From Stegostoma tigrinum (lineage: Eukaryota), in NCBI RefSeq assembly GCF_030684315.1, contig NC_081379.1, forward strand, positions 43,481,404 through 43,545,403: a stretch of DNA of 64,000 nucleotides. Direction: 5' to 3'. Below the pieces are notes generated by a model. It was not told the DNA's origin. It saw only the letters and a program-made list of their open reading frames with translations, and searched no databases. The position numbers and the translations under genes were made by a program. Shown here one piece after another: positions 26,226 to 38,664 of the stretch (position 1 is the stretch's first letter; the number at the start of each line of letters is the position of its first letter).

Positions 26226-26933
26226 GTACTTCAGCTTTGATTTCTATTTATTCATACTTCGTATTCCTTACTATAAAAGCAGATATGACACTTCTTCTGA
26301 GAGACAGTTACTGGACTTAAAGCGTTAACTCTATTTCTTTTAGACCTACTGAGTTTCTACAGCATTTTTGTTTTAATTCAGTTTCCCAGCATCTGCAGGT
26401 CTTTGTTTTATGAATGACGTAAGTGATGGAGCTTTAAGTAGAAACTCCTCCCATTTTTCTTCCTCAACCATCTTCTGTTTCCCTTCAATGACTTAATATT
26501 CTGAAACCTTTCTCTTGTATTCGATCAAATGTGGCATATATTCTCACAGTCAGATTGGCCTGTTTCAGTATTCTGTTTCAACCTGAAACCTGGTTTGCTT
26601 GAGCATTGTGCTGAATTCGGATTTGTGGACTCAGAAACTTGCTGGTTGGCTGCAATACATATCCACTGTGGGGCAGAGTTCAGGAAAAGGGATCTAACCT
26701 CTAGCTCAGCCTCCTGGGCAGTATGTTGGTGCCCTGTATTTATAAAGCCTTTCCAGCTAATATTGTAAAGTTGCAGCTTTACGATGACACAGGGGTCAAC
26801 TACTCAATCCATCAGTCCCACTCCTCTGTTTTCTTAACCACAGCTGCTGTTCCCCTTTTTTGTTTTAGAAACTCGAATTTCTTTTCCATTTCTCTACGTC
26901 ATGTAAAATAGAAGGATGTTACATGATATACTG

Positions 26934-27177
26934 GTTTCAGAGATAGAAGGAACTGCAGATGCTGGAGAATCTGAGATAACAAAGTGTAGAGCTGGATGAA
27001 CACAGCAGGTCAAGCAGCATCAGAGGAGCAGGAAAGCTGATGTTTCAGGCCCAGACCCTTCTTCAAAAAATTTCTTCAGCCATTTCTGAAGAAGGGTCTA
27101 GGCCCAAAACATCAGCCTTCCTGCTCCTCTGATGCTGCTTGGCCTGCTGTGTTCATCCAGCTCTACATCTTGTTATC
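26934..27177. mobile_element. Palindromic PLE-derived insertion with two degenerate hammerhead motifs
   Basis: Inverted arms; 15-bp TSD ttacatgatatactg at 26919-26933 and 27178-27192. Confidence 0.8.
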
Positions 27178-30100
27178 TTACATGATATACTGATGGGACT
27201 CATTTCTGTACTTTTTTTCTTTTACAGTTGGATGGCAGTTTCCATGAATAGTCATGAACAACAGATATTATAATGTATATTCATCAAGTGCCTTTAACAT
27301 AAAGCCTTTCCTATAGTCCTTCACAGTAAAGGACATGGACACTGAGCCAGAAAGGAGACCAATTAGGAGTGACCAAAATCTTGGTTGAAGGATGGGTTTT
27401 AATGGACAAAAAAGATGATGCTGAGAGGCTTATGGAGGGAACTTTAGAAAATATGCAGCTAAAGACAATACAGCAAAAAAGTGATGTGCATCGGAAGCAC
27501 ATTTGATATGGAAAATGTGACTAAAGTGGTTTCTGAGCTGGAGACTAGATAAGACCATAGGAAAAAACTTCAAGACCAAGACTAGGATTTTAAACTTAAT
27601 GTGTGGGGAGTTAGAGGAGCTTGGTTGGCACTGCAATGATGGGCAAGTGGGACTCAACTTGGAAAGGTCAAATAAAAGCAAAGTATTGCAAATGCTGGAA
27701 ATCTGAAGTAAAAACAGACGATACTGGAGAAACTCAACAGGTCTGCCTGCATCTGCAGAGAGAGAAACAGGGTTAAGGTTTTGAGTTTAATGATTCTTCA
27801 AAATATATCTTATGTACCGGAATTTAGGTCAAGTTAGAGTTAATGGGTAAGATTATTGAAGTAATCACTTGTTGAGAAGTGTACTCTTTAATGATTAATG
27901 GCAAAAAAAATTGCCGTGGTAGGTTAAACGCGGACAGCGTATAGAGGTGAAAGTGAATGGGAAAGTATGGGATCTGAAACAGTTCAGGAATAAAACGTCT
28001 TTCATTATTCATACAGTGTAAAAGTTAGCATTCGCAATTTCTTTTCATCAGCCACCTTTCCTGAGGGCTTTTGTCTCTGGCTTATTTTTCAACTTAGTGA
28101 GAAGGGAGTCTTCATGCTGACTAAAAGACAGAAATTTCTATATTGGCAATAGTAGGCATCTTTGCCCCCATAAATATCTCAATTGATTCTCTTTCTATGG
28201 AATGGATTAGACGAGGGTCGTCCCTTTAGTTCTTTGTCCTTAACCATAGATAGTGTCATACATGTGAACTTAGGACTGGCGAGTGTTCACTGGGCTATTT
28301 GTTAATTACACCTGGTTTGTAATGACCCCCGACAGGCTGTTTTGTTGGGTTAAAATAGAACAATTGTGCCTTTTTCTGCCATTGCAGTCTCGGTTCTTTT
28401 TTGTATTTTCCTGTGCATTTCCTGTGCATCTGTTTCTGAGCAATCAAATTGAACTTGAGCAAAGCAAACACTGCTTTTTACACTCTCCTCCAGTTCACCA
28501 CCTCGTTTCCTTTTCCCCAGCAACCCACCCACCAGTACTATCCACCATGTCACAGGTGACTAGCAGGCATGTGAATTGCTGGCGTTTACATTCAGGTTTT
28601 CAGCCTAGGCCTTCTGGTTCTCCATCAGTCCATTTAACTTCATGTTCCCAAAGTTTTCTAGCCTGGCATTTTTGCATGCAGATCTAACTGGGGCATCCTA
28701 ACAACCCAACTCCAGATTAAGAAGAGCAGAAACACTCCAAATTAAAACAAATCTGGCAAAGTAGCAGGTTTCCACCAAATCCTGACCAAGATTTATATCT
28801 GAATCAGCAGCGCTAAAACAAATTAGCTGGTGAATACCTAATTGCTGTATCTGAGGGACCTTTCTGTATACAAGCTGAGTCCCCTGTTTCCTACATAACA
28901 ACAGCACCTACACATCTTACCAAGCAAAGTGCTAATGTTTGGAGCAGTTAGTAACTCTGTACAATGAAATACAAGACTTAAATTTTCACAGGAGGAGAGC
29001 AGCTCCGCACAAACATTCTCACCAAGTCATTGGGGTTCCTTATGCAGTTAACAGGAGTACATCTGAGGACCTTTGATCACCTGGCCTGACAGCTTTTAAT
29101 ATTTGCAGTAGTCTTGAAGAGTAGTCTTGCAGCATTGTTTCCATGTCTTCAGTAATGCATGCACAGTTTGAAACTGAGTCCCTGAATTGTCCTGAACCTG
29201 TTTAGCCAGGCCCATTTTCACTGTGGGTGAACCAGTTGGTGAGTTCCCAAGTTTCCCAGTCCTTGATGATTGGGAATAAGTCCAGGGATTCATGAATTCG
29301 GTTGTCTGTGTTTTGTTGCATTAGTACCTTGGGACAAAATGTGTTATGGAAAATATTATAAGGTGCAAGATATTACAAGGTGTAAGATATTAGTTCTGAA
29401 AAGATTTTCTTTTGCAAGTGATGAATGATGTATTTGGCATTTTCAGTCAAAATCCCAATCCTCCTTTGGGTAACTATGACTCAATATGTCCCTGCCAAAT
29501 TACATGACAAGATTAGAGAAACTACAGTCACTCACTCTGTGTTCTCCTTTGTCAGCCATGGCTCAATTGGTCCCAGCTCTGAGTCAGGAGTTTGTTGTGT
29601 TTCACTTGCTCTACATGACTTGAGCACAAAAATCTAGGCTAACGTTGCATGTCAGAGGTGCTGGCTTTTGGGTATTAAACCAGGGCCCTCCTGTGCCACC
29701 TTAGACGGATATAAAAGATCCAAACACATCACATCAAAGAAGAGCAGAGAGCTTATCAGTGATAATGATCAATTTCTGATGATTACTTTGTTGTTTGTGC
29801 AACTCGCAAACTGGCTTTGCCACATTACAGTAACAATTGCATTTAAAGTATTTAATTGACTATGACGTGCTTTCAGACATCCTGAGGTCTTGAAGAAGCT
29901 AGACAAAATGCACGTCTTCCATTTTCCCGACCTTCCATCTTAATTCACCATGTGGAGCAAATTTCCTGAGCAAGATCCACCAGCCGACATTGGATCAAGG
30001 AATGGGAGACCGTCAACCGGACTGTATGTGAAGGACTAATCTCCTTTAAATCATCAAATGAGAAAACTGCCAGTTGCCTCTGATGATTGGCAGTTGTTAA

Positions 30101-30784
30101 AAAAACAAATTTCTAAAAATTTGTTCTCCATTGCTGGCTGGAGAACTTTGACAGATAAAAATAAGTTGCAGGCAGAGCAATCTGTAGTTGGCAGTGAATA
30201 TCAAATATAAGGTAATTGCTGACAGAATTAGGGAGGAGATGCATTTATTTTAGCACTGCAATTAACAGCATCTGGAATGCTGTGCTTGATAGTGTGGTTG
30301 AAGTAGGTTCGTATTAATATTCAAAAGAGAATTGGAAAATATACTGAGAAACAAAGTAATGAGATGAAATGAAACAATCTCTGTTCCTAGTGCAAAGCGA
30401 GTTACCGTGATCCATGTGCACATATGCAGTTGCACCTATGACATAAGGCCAAAATAATGTTAAATTTTGAACTAGTTGTAAGATCTGGAAAGAACAGTAA
30501 TGATTATAATCAATCTGTAAATTTTTGAGCAGCAGAGTCTAGTTTCAATGAAAAGACTTAATTGTCAGTCAACATTGCACTGCACCTGTACAGAGACCAG
30601 ACCATTTAACAGTCAGTAGAAGTGCCAATCTGCAAAGACATTTACAGTCTATCACTGGGTTTTCCAGAATGTTGCTAATTTAGAATTTAGTGTACAAAAT
30701 TGTTGTGATCTGTCTATTTGTTTCTGGTTGGAATGTATTTTACTGCAATCACACTGCTGTTTCTGTCTCATTCACTCAAGCACA

Positions 30785-30787
<3 letters not shown>

Positions 30788-30816
<29 letters not shown>
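30788..30816 (+). repeat. (CT)n microsatellite
   Basis: Direct observation. Confidence 0.9.
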
Positions 30817-30820
<4 letters not shown>

Positions 30821-31166
30821 CTTATGGACTGCAATGTTCCATCTAGTGGTGTCATTATACCCATATATAGTCTGTGGAAAGATGGCTTAGTGCCTTCAAA
30901 GAACTCTCATAGTCAAAATGGGATGAGTATTCAATCTTATGTTGCAAAATTTGGTAATGCCTAGGACTGCTTCAATGTCACAGTGCATTGCCGATTACAG
31001 TTTCACTTGCAACTTAGATTTTGCTGCCACAGACTTCTCCATGAAACAAAACTGGTTTCAGTGATTGGTGATAATGGAAACTGCAGATGCTGGAGAATCC
31101 AAGATAACAAAGTGTGGAGCTGGATGAACACAGCAGGCCAAGCAGCATCTCAGGAGCACAAAAGCT

Positions 31167-31194
31167 GACGTTTCGGGCCTAGACCCTTCATCAG
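31167..31194 (-). ncRNA. Minimal hammerhead motif, minus strand
   Basis: Reverse complement reads CTGATGAAGGGTCTAGGCCCGAAACGTC. Confidence 0.75.
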
Positions 31195-31202
31195 AGAGCT
31201 GT

Positions 31203-31230
31203 CTGATGAAGGGTCTAGGCCCGAAACGTC
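31203..31230 (+). ncRNA. Minimal hammerhead motif, plus strand
   Basis: CTGATGAAGGGTCTAGGCCCGAAACGTC. Confidence 0.75.
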
Positions 31231-31904
31231 AGCTTTTGTGCTCCTGAGATGCTGCTTGGCCTGCTGTGTTCATCCAGCTCCAAACTTTGTTATCTTGGTT
31301 TCAGTGATTCATCATTTTCTCGACTGGAATGGGAATCGCTGCCAAAGTCAGCACTGGCTATTAAAGTAAGAAGCATATTGTAGCTCATATGCTGTGGTGG
31401 AGAACCAACGTGAGCCAATGTGTAAATTTGAATTGTTACGTGCAATCGGGAGCTTTGGTTAAGTATGCAAGGAATAATCTGGAATCTACGTGAAGGTGTC
31501 ACATTCATGATGTTCTACTCCTAAATTGTGGAATTCGTGAGACAGAGTGGTGTATTATAAAATACATTGGATTTGGTAAGGAAGACTGCTATACCACAGA
31601 ATGCACAATAAACGCAGACAAGAGTGTTACAAAATTTACTATACTCTCAGGCCAGCACTAAAAGTGCTGTATTGTAGAATATACAGTAATCCTTAACATA
31701 AGATGCTGTCCATCAGGACTTTAAGTATTACTGACTGCACTGTGACCCCTGACCACATATTCGAGGATGTGACTCAGTTTACTGTACGGTATAATCATCT
31801 TGTATGTTGAGCAAACTCCACTGGTATTGTTCCTTGATTTTTGGCATCTATATTTTGTGAAGATTGTGGCTGAGCTTTGATATTTTCTGACCTTTTGTCT
31901 GCAG

Positions 31905-32010
31905 ATAACGATACCACTATAACACAATCGCTGCTTACACACCATGGTGTCCCCGTGGTCACTCTGTCCAATGGCAAGTCGTACTGCTTCAACACTTCCC
32001 TATGCACGTG
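31905..32010 (+). CDS. HIRA: HIRA coding exon (NDTTITQSLLTHHGVPVVTLSNGKSYCFNTSLCTW)
   Basis: ctgcag acceptor, gtaagg donor, 106 nt, phase 1/2; LLT.HG.PV..LS.GK.YCFN motif. Confidence 0.95.
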
Positions 32011-32317
32011 GTAAGGAGTAATGATTTGATTGGTTTAAAAGTGAATCTTGATGTTCTGGTGATCAAACTTTGCATTTTCTTTTAATTTGACAGACAAATA
32101 TTGCTTCTGGTTCAAGCGGGGAGGATTCTGCATGGGTGGGAGATGTGGGTATTATAAGAGACATTTCGATAGACAGTCAATAAATGTACAGCAGAGTCCA
32201 GTCATTATTAGTAATCTGGATCTCATCATTCGTCTTCTACACAGAAACAGTGCACTGTGCATGCTGAGCACTCACTATAACGTACAAATATATGGATTTG
32301 GGGCAGGAGTGGGTCAC

Positions 32318-32800
32318 AGAATCATAGATTTATACAACATGGAAATGGCCCGTTTGGTTCAATATATCCATGCTGACCAGATATCCTCAACCTAACCCTT
32401 CCTATTCATGTACCCATCTAGATGTCTTTGAAATGATGTAATTGTACCAGCCTCTGCCACTTCCTCTGGCACCTTCATGTTCCGTACATGCACTGTCTTC
32501 TGCGTGAAAAAGTTGCCCCTCAAGTCCCTTTTAAATCTTGTCCCTCTCACTTTAAACCTGTGCCCTCAAATTCCAGACTTCCTTACCCTGGGAAAAAGAC
32601 CTTGGCTATTCACCCTAATCTATACCCCTCATCGTTTTATAAACGTTTATAATGTGACCCCTCAGCCTCTGACACTGCCAGAAAAAAAGTTCAGCCTATT
32701 TAGCCTCTCTCTATAGCTCAAACTCTCCAATCCCAGCAATGTCTTGGTAAATCTTTTCTGAACTCTTTCAAGTTTAAAAACAATATAACTATAACAGGGA
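32318..32800 (-). mobile_element. CR1 LINE 3' end, antisense
   Basis: agaatcataga tail and cctctgccacttcctctggca motif. Confidence 0.7.
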
Positions 32801-33690
32801 GACCCTCGAAGATCATGGCTGATCTGTTTGTATTTTGAATTTCATATTCCCATTTACCCCTGGTAGATTCTTGGGAAGCCAGGGAATCTAAGACAATCTA
32901 CTCCTTCCTTAATAATAATAATCCTCAATCTGTTTCTGAGGCAGAATTCCAAACTTGCACAACCTTCTGAAAAAGAACATCTCTCCTTATCTCTGCTTAA
33001 AAGAGTAATCCCTAATTATGATGTTCTATGGTGAATGTATTAATACTTCAGTGAATAGGGACAAGTTATAGTGTGGCAACCTAGTTATGGTGTTGGAATC
33101 GCTACACTTTCTGACGTCCATCTGAGAGTCTGCAGTATAGAAAGAGGTTCTTTAGCTTGAGATGCCTGCATTCATTCTTTGAAGGATCTACCCAATTAGG
33201 CCTGCATATCTCAGCAAATATTTTTCCTTTCCAAGTAATTATCCAATTCCCTGTTGATCACTGATTTGGATTCAGGTCTTAATGCAGATCAGTGCAACAC
33301 GGCTGTTCTCAGAGCCATTGGCGCTTTGAAAGTTGATTGGTGATTGTACCCATGACCATTTTGTTAGTAGGAAGATGCCCTCCTTGGTAACAAACCGCTT
33401 ACAGCCCAATCGTTTTGAGTCAGAGCTTTGTGATACAGTTTTTAACCAGCCCATGTGTAACTGCTATGAGAAGGCAGCCCAATTACCCATGTAGTATCAG
33501 AATGGTCAGAACATGTCGTTTTTGTTTAAGAGGGCTGTTAAGTACTTCCAGCATCGTTTTGTTCTTTTGTTTTATTTGCTTTTTGGGGGATTTTTAAAAG
33601 CATTTTTTAAATGCAATTAATAATTTTAAATTGAATTTTGTAATGAAAGAATCTAAGCAGATCTCAAAATAGCTGACTGAAACCACTGAT

Positions 33691-33818
33691 AATGGGAACT
33701 GCAGATGCTGGAGAATCCAAGATAATAAAATGTGAGGCTGGATGAACACAGCAGGCCAAGCAGCATCTCAGGAGCACAAAAGCTGACGTTTCAGGTCTAG
33801 GCCCGAAACGTCAGCGTT
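33691..33818 (-). mobile_element. PLE-derived insertion folding back at the stem II loop
   Basis: 17-bp TSD tgactgaaaccactgat at 33674-33690 and 33819-33835. Confidence 0.8.
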
Positions 33819-34980
33819 TGACTGAAACCACTGATCTGATTTGAATAACTGGGGAAGTGTAACTAAACTGTACTTGCAAATAGACCAAACACAGCAGTCA
33901 AACAACATAAATAGCACATGGGAGTATTTATTTGAATCAGATTTAAATGCCTTGAGTGTCTGGGATTTTCCCTTACTAAAAACAATCTATTTTGCGGCCA
34001 GCAAACTGGTTCTGTTTGTAGAGATAACAGACTGGCCTTTCTGTGTAACACATTGGATCCTCACAGGGGAATGACTAGTGTATCTGTTGAAACGTACAGA
34101 CACAAATATACACCATAGCTGCTTCCAAAGCGTCCTTTATTAAACAGTATCGAAGTAGTGTATACAAATGAGTTAAAGTTTTTCTGTATGGTACATGCTT
34201 GATGTTTAGTATTGTTTTTATTCCCGGTAGCTGAAAATGGTTAATATTGAAAAGTGTAGCATTGGATTGGTTTCTTACTGTGACCTGTGTCATCAGTGGG
34301 AAACTTGAGTGTAATTTTCCCAGGTTTTGTTACAGCTTGTTAAAATACAGAATAGAATGAATGTATTAAATCAGATAACAGTAAATACCGCCTGGTAGCT
34401 GCTTTAAAATGTTTGCCACTTTGAATTTGCAAATCCTTCCAGTGCATGTGTGCTTTCCTCCCCAAGAGAATTGTTAATGTTGCTAGATCAGATCATGGCC
34501 AAACGTGAAAAGGGTGAACAGAAAGACCAGTTAAATCAGAGTGTAGTGCTTTGGCTACAATAATAATCATGAAACTCTAGTTAACATTTTGGGTCCGGTG
34601 ACCCTTCCTCAGAACTCTAGGCATTTTGTGCTAAATTGGCATGAGGTGCAGAGTATCATTGAGTGTTTGGCCACATTCGATAAGTGTAAATGCAACTCAG
34701 CTCAACTCAGCTACAGTCAGGAATAAGAGTCAGCAAGAAGACAGAGTAAGTGTTCATTATTCCTTCTGGGGGAAAAAGGTATCACTATGGTGTACAGATG
34801 GAAGAGTAGATCCCTTATCTATTTGTGTGACTCAAGCTAATGGCCTTTTTTCTAGGTTACGTTTCACAACCTTTGTGAATCTGTAATGATCTGACACCAA
34901 AGCAGGCATGATACAGATAGTCCAACTTGTGTTATTCACCTTCAGGCCTCTTGTTTCATTTGCATTGTTTTATTTTTCAG

Positions 34981-35103
34981 GAATTTGATCTCGGATAAAC
35001 AGGACTCACTGGTTCAGTGTGCCGATTATCGCAGTTGTTTAACTTCTCAGGAGGCCATGTTGTGCTCAGGTCCATTGGCTACGGTGCAAGGCTGTGGGAT
35101 CAA
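34981..35103 (+). CDS. HIRA: HIRA coding exon (NLISDKQDSLVQCADYRSCLTSQEAMLCSGPLATVQGCGI)
   Basis: tttcag acceptor, gtaagt donor, 123 nt, phase 2/2. Confidence 0.95.
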
Positions 35104-35958
35104 GTAAGTGCCAACATTGCTGATCTGTCCATCATTGCATTAAAGAGACAACTGGCATAATGTTATTGGAACTCAGTTGTTAATTTTTCCGAAGTTGCTG
35201 ATTAGAAACATTGGTCCAAAATATTTTCTGGAGAAGTGGTCATATTGATTCCCTATTAACTTCTGCATGAATTCCAGTTTGATCCAAATGGCTGTGCACT
35301 TGTGTAAACAATTTCTAAAGCAGCAAAGTTACTATCAACTTCCTGAAGTGACCTTCCACCTCAGTATGTTTGCAAAGTGATACAGAGGAATAGCCATTGG
35401 TGGTGCTGTGACTTTGTGTTCTTTCACTGTAAGTCAAATGATGTATCAAGGCCTGTTCTTGCTGATTATTGTGGGAATACCAGTGGATGTTCTTCCTTGA
35501 ACAGAACATAGCTACCCCTCTTCCCCAAGGATGGAAGGCAGACCTTGAAGGATGGGAAGAAGATTCTGGAGGTTTGCCTTTGAGAAATGTGCACCTTCAC
35601 TTTCCAACAAGCGGCCTGAGCGGATTTCTTGACTTGCAAACGCCCCCCTTGATCTCCTTCCATCAGCTTTAAATTTGAGGCAGGTGGGACCACAGCCATT
35701 ATATGCCCATTTACTGGCTTCACCTGTACCCTATAGAAGTACAAAACAGCCAGGGCAGGCTGGGGGTCAATGGGAGGCCCACCTAGGAAATTATACAGAT
35801 TATCCCACCAGTAAACATCTCCTGTGGAAAATAAAATTCTGGACCCTGTGAGTTTTTTTATGTGAAAGGATAACAGCAACAATGTCTACAGCCCACTTTG
35901 TGCCCAGGATGTGATTTCATTGCTGTTGAGCTGTAAAGTCAATCTGTGTATTTTCTAG

Positions 35959-36122
35959 TGCTGGACGCCAGGCTGCCAGACTCTCCTCGATGCCTCATGT
36001 TTTACAGCGAGGGACAACACTGGCTTATCTGGAAAATCAGCTTGCAGCTGCAATGACGCTAAAATCTAGCCAGGAATACCGTCACTGGCTTCTCATCTAC
36101 ACCCGCTATTTAGTAAATGAAG
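35959..36122 (+). CDS. HIRA: HIRA coding exon (AGRQAARLSSMPHV...TTLAYLENQLAAAMTLKSSQEYRHWLLIYTRYLVNE)
   Basis: ttctag acceptor, gtagcc donor, 164 nt, phase 2/1; TLAYLENQ and EYRHWLL motifs. Confidence 0.96.
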
Positions 36123-36204
36123 GTAGCCTTGCTTCTCAAGACCTTTGCTTGAGATTGATTGATTTTTACTCAAGTACTGTGCTAACAATTGTGTCTTATT
36201 GCAG

Positions 36205-36293
36205 GATTTGAGCCTCGCTTAAGGGAGTTGTGTAAAGATTTGTTGGGCCCTGTTCATAGCTCTTCCAGTAGTCAGTGGGAGTCAACTGTCCTG
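36205..36293 (+). CDS. HIRA: HIRA coding exon (FEPRLRELCKDLLGPVHSSSSSQWESTVL)
   Basis: ttgcag acceptor after an 82-nt intron, gtaagc donor, 89 nt, phase 1/0. Confidence 0.95.
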
Positions 36294-36893
36294 GTAAGCA
36301 CTAAATCATTTAACACATCAGGCAGAGATCTTTGTTGTGTGATAGCAGTATTAAAGCACTGGTGTATAGTGCAGTTATCTACATACATAGTCAGAACGTG
36401 GCCAGTACTTTTCAAGCAATACGGTTCTGTTTAGATCTGTGTAATTTCAGAAATGCTGCAGTTTGTTATTTTCAGTTTTATTTTGTTTTGCTCAGTAAGC
36501 AATTGAACTATTCAGAACAGTATACTTTGGAACAAGACCAGGAAACTCCCATGTGAAGGCAACTGATCTCAGCCAGCTTGTGTTATGGGTTGACAAGTCA
36601 GCTCTACCACCTTTTGGCCAGAAATGAAGGAAATCGGAGAGTCCCTGCATCTGATGGTTACTCTTTGAGAAAAGATTGTTGGCGCTGAGAACAAAGCTGT
36701 GGCATTCACATGCTCAAAACCCCCTGTGAAGGCTCAAACTTGAATTACCACTTAGGAGTTAGAGGTGTTAGTTTAACCATGTTCTGGCTAGATATCTTCA
36801 GCTGACAATATGTTTTGTGTGGAGGCAGAAAAGAGGGAATGTAACAGTCCAACTTTAACCAGGGGCATGACTGGGGCATGTTCTGCCCCAGTC

Positions 36894-36990
36894 TCTCTGA
36901 TGAAGGGTCTAGGCCCGAAACGTCAGCTTTTGTGCTCCTGAGATGCTGCTTGGCCTGCTGTGTTCATCCAGCCTCACATTTTATTATATT
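36894..36990 (+). mobile_element. Short PLE-derived insertion with intact hammerhead motif (core 36897-36924)
   Basis: 17-bp TSD gcatgactggggcatgt at 36865-36881 and 36992-37008. Confidence 0.85.
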
Positions 36991-37257
36991 AGCATGACTG
37001 GGGCATGTCACTTGCTTTTCTTCCCACATTCAACTTCATCTTCCTTCGAGGGAATATAAGGAAACATTTTTGCATGAAAAATTAGGTGTTAAATAATTTG
37101 TTCTATTTATTTTAATTTCAGCAAAATTTGCCGACTCCACACTGTGTAGCCATTGTATAAGAGGGAAGAGGCAGGTCTAGGACTGAAACACTTAACATTA
37201 CGAGTTGGGAATTGCAAGCTGCAGTTTGCCCTGTGACTGTGTCTGGCAACACCTGCC

Positions 37258-37387
37258 TTCTTAAGGAGGGTCCTGACCCGAAACGTCAAGCTTTCCTGTT
37301 CCCCTGATGCTGCTTGGCCTGCTGTGTTCATCCAGCTTCACACTGTGTTATCTCAGATTCTCCAGCATCGTCAGTTCCTACTACCTC
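37258..37387 (+). mobile_element. PLE pLTR fragment with variant hammerhead (stem II GGGT-CCTG-ACCC)
   Basis: Homologous to 19110-19237. Confidence 0.7.
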
Positions 37388-37399
37388 AGTAAAAGTAAA

Positions 37400-38470
37400 G
37401 AGGTCCTTTTCTAAATGACAGGCACAGGGTTCAGTGTTTGGCTCCCAGCTATTCACAATATATGTATTATTGACCAAGGTTTTGGAGTAGAATTGTAACT
37501 TGAGTTGTGGCTGTTGAGGTTGGTTGGCTCGCTGAGCTGGTTTGATGTTATTGATTTAGATGAGGAAACTGTCATACTTCCAAGTTTGCAGGAGACACAA
37601 AACGAGGTGGGAGTGTATGCTGTGAGGATTGCAAAGACACTTCAGTGTGCTTTGGACAAATTAAGTCAATGGAAAAGTACATGACAGATGCAGTATATTG
37701 TGGATAAATGAGAGATTATCCACTTTGGTAGCAAAACCTAGACAGGTACCAAAAACTAGGCAGGCCAACCGAATGGTGATTGATTGGGAAAGGGAGTGGT
37801 GCAATGAGATCTGGTAATTTTTGTACACCAGTCATTGAAAGTGACCATGCTGGTGAAGAGGGCCAAAGGTATGATGGCCTTTTATACCAAGAGGATTTGT
37901 ACAGGAGCAGGAATATTTTGCTGATACTGTCAAGGGCTTAGGTAAGACCATGTGGAGTAACATGTGCAGTTTTGTCTCGTTATCTGAGGAAAGATGCTCT
38001 GACTATGTAGAAAGTGCAGCAATGGTTTACTGGCCTGATTCATCGGGTTGTGAGACTGACTATGAGGAGGGATTGGATTGGTTGGGACTCTATCCAATTG
38101 AGTTTAGAATAACGAGGAGGGAGTCTCATAGAAACCTACGAGATTCTAACAGGATTAGTCAGGGTGCAAGAAAGATGTTCACGATGCCCAAAACCAAGGG
38201 TAACAGTCTAAGGATAAGAGGTAGGCCTTTTAAGATAAGGAGAAATTTCATCAACAAGAAGTCAACTAGCAGAAGCCAATTGAGGCCAAAACATTGAATG
38301 TTTTCAAGAAGGAATTCAATATAGTTCTTAGGGCTAAAGGATGAAAGGTTATGGGGAGAAAGTGGGAACAGGGTATTGGATGATCAGGCATGATCATATT
38401 GAGTGGCATGGATGGCTTGAAGGGTCAAATGCCCTGTTCCTGCTCCTACATTCGATGTTTCTGTGTTTTT
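37400..38470 (+). mobile_element. Degenerate CR1 LINE 3' half
   Basis: QGSV.G.QLFTIY and FAGDTK remnants; 3'UTR with cctgttcctgctcct tail. Confidence 0.75.
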
Positions 38471-38664
38471 CTAGCAGTTTTTGTTTTATACATGTGGGTA
38501 AGAGATTGTGTGCTACAGTCTGTACTTGTAACTGTGTGAGATTGATTTCTGTGGTATGCAAACTCATATCCTTTAGTGCTAGACTTCCCAATCAGTGATG
38601 TAAGAATTAGAGCTGTTGCAGTTTCTGAGCATTTATCTGAAAGGTCTTTTCGTTCCAAATGCAG

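Larger units (their letters stand above)
31067..31295. mobile_element. Young palindromic PLE-derived insertion with hammerhead motifs on both strands
   Basis: About 95-bp near-perfect inverted arms; 14-bp TSD tggtttcagtgatt at 31053-31066 and 31296-31309. Confidence 0.88.

Noticed and set aside
19105-36990. Recurring identical 28-bp motif as a CRISPR-like repeat array
   Set aside because: Eukaryotic DNA; copies are dispersed TE parts with TSDs, not regularly spaced repeats
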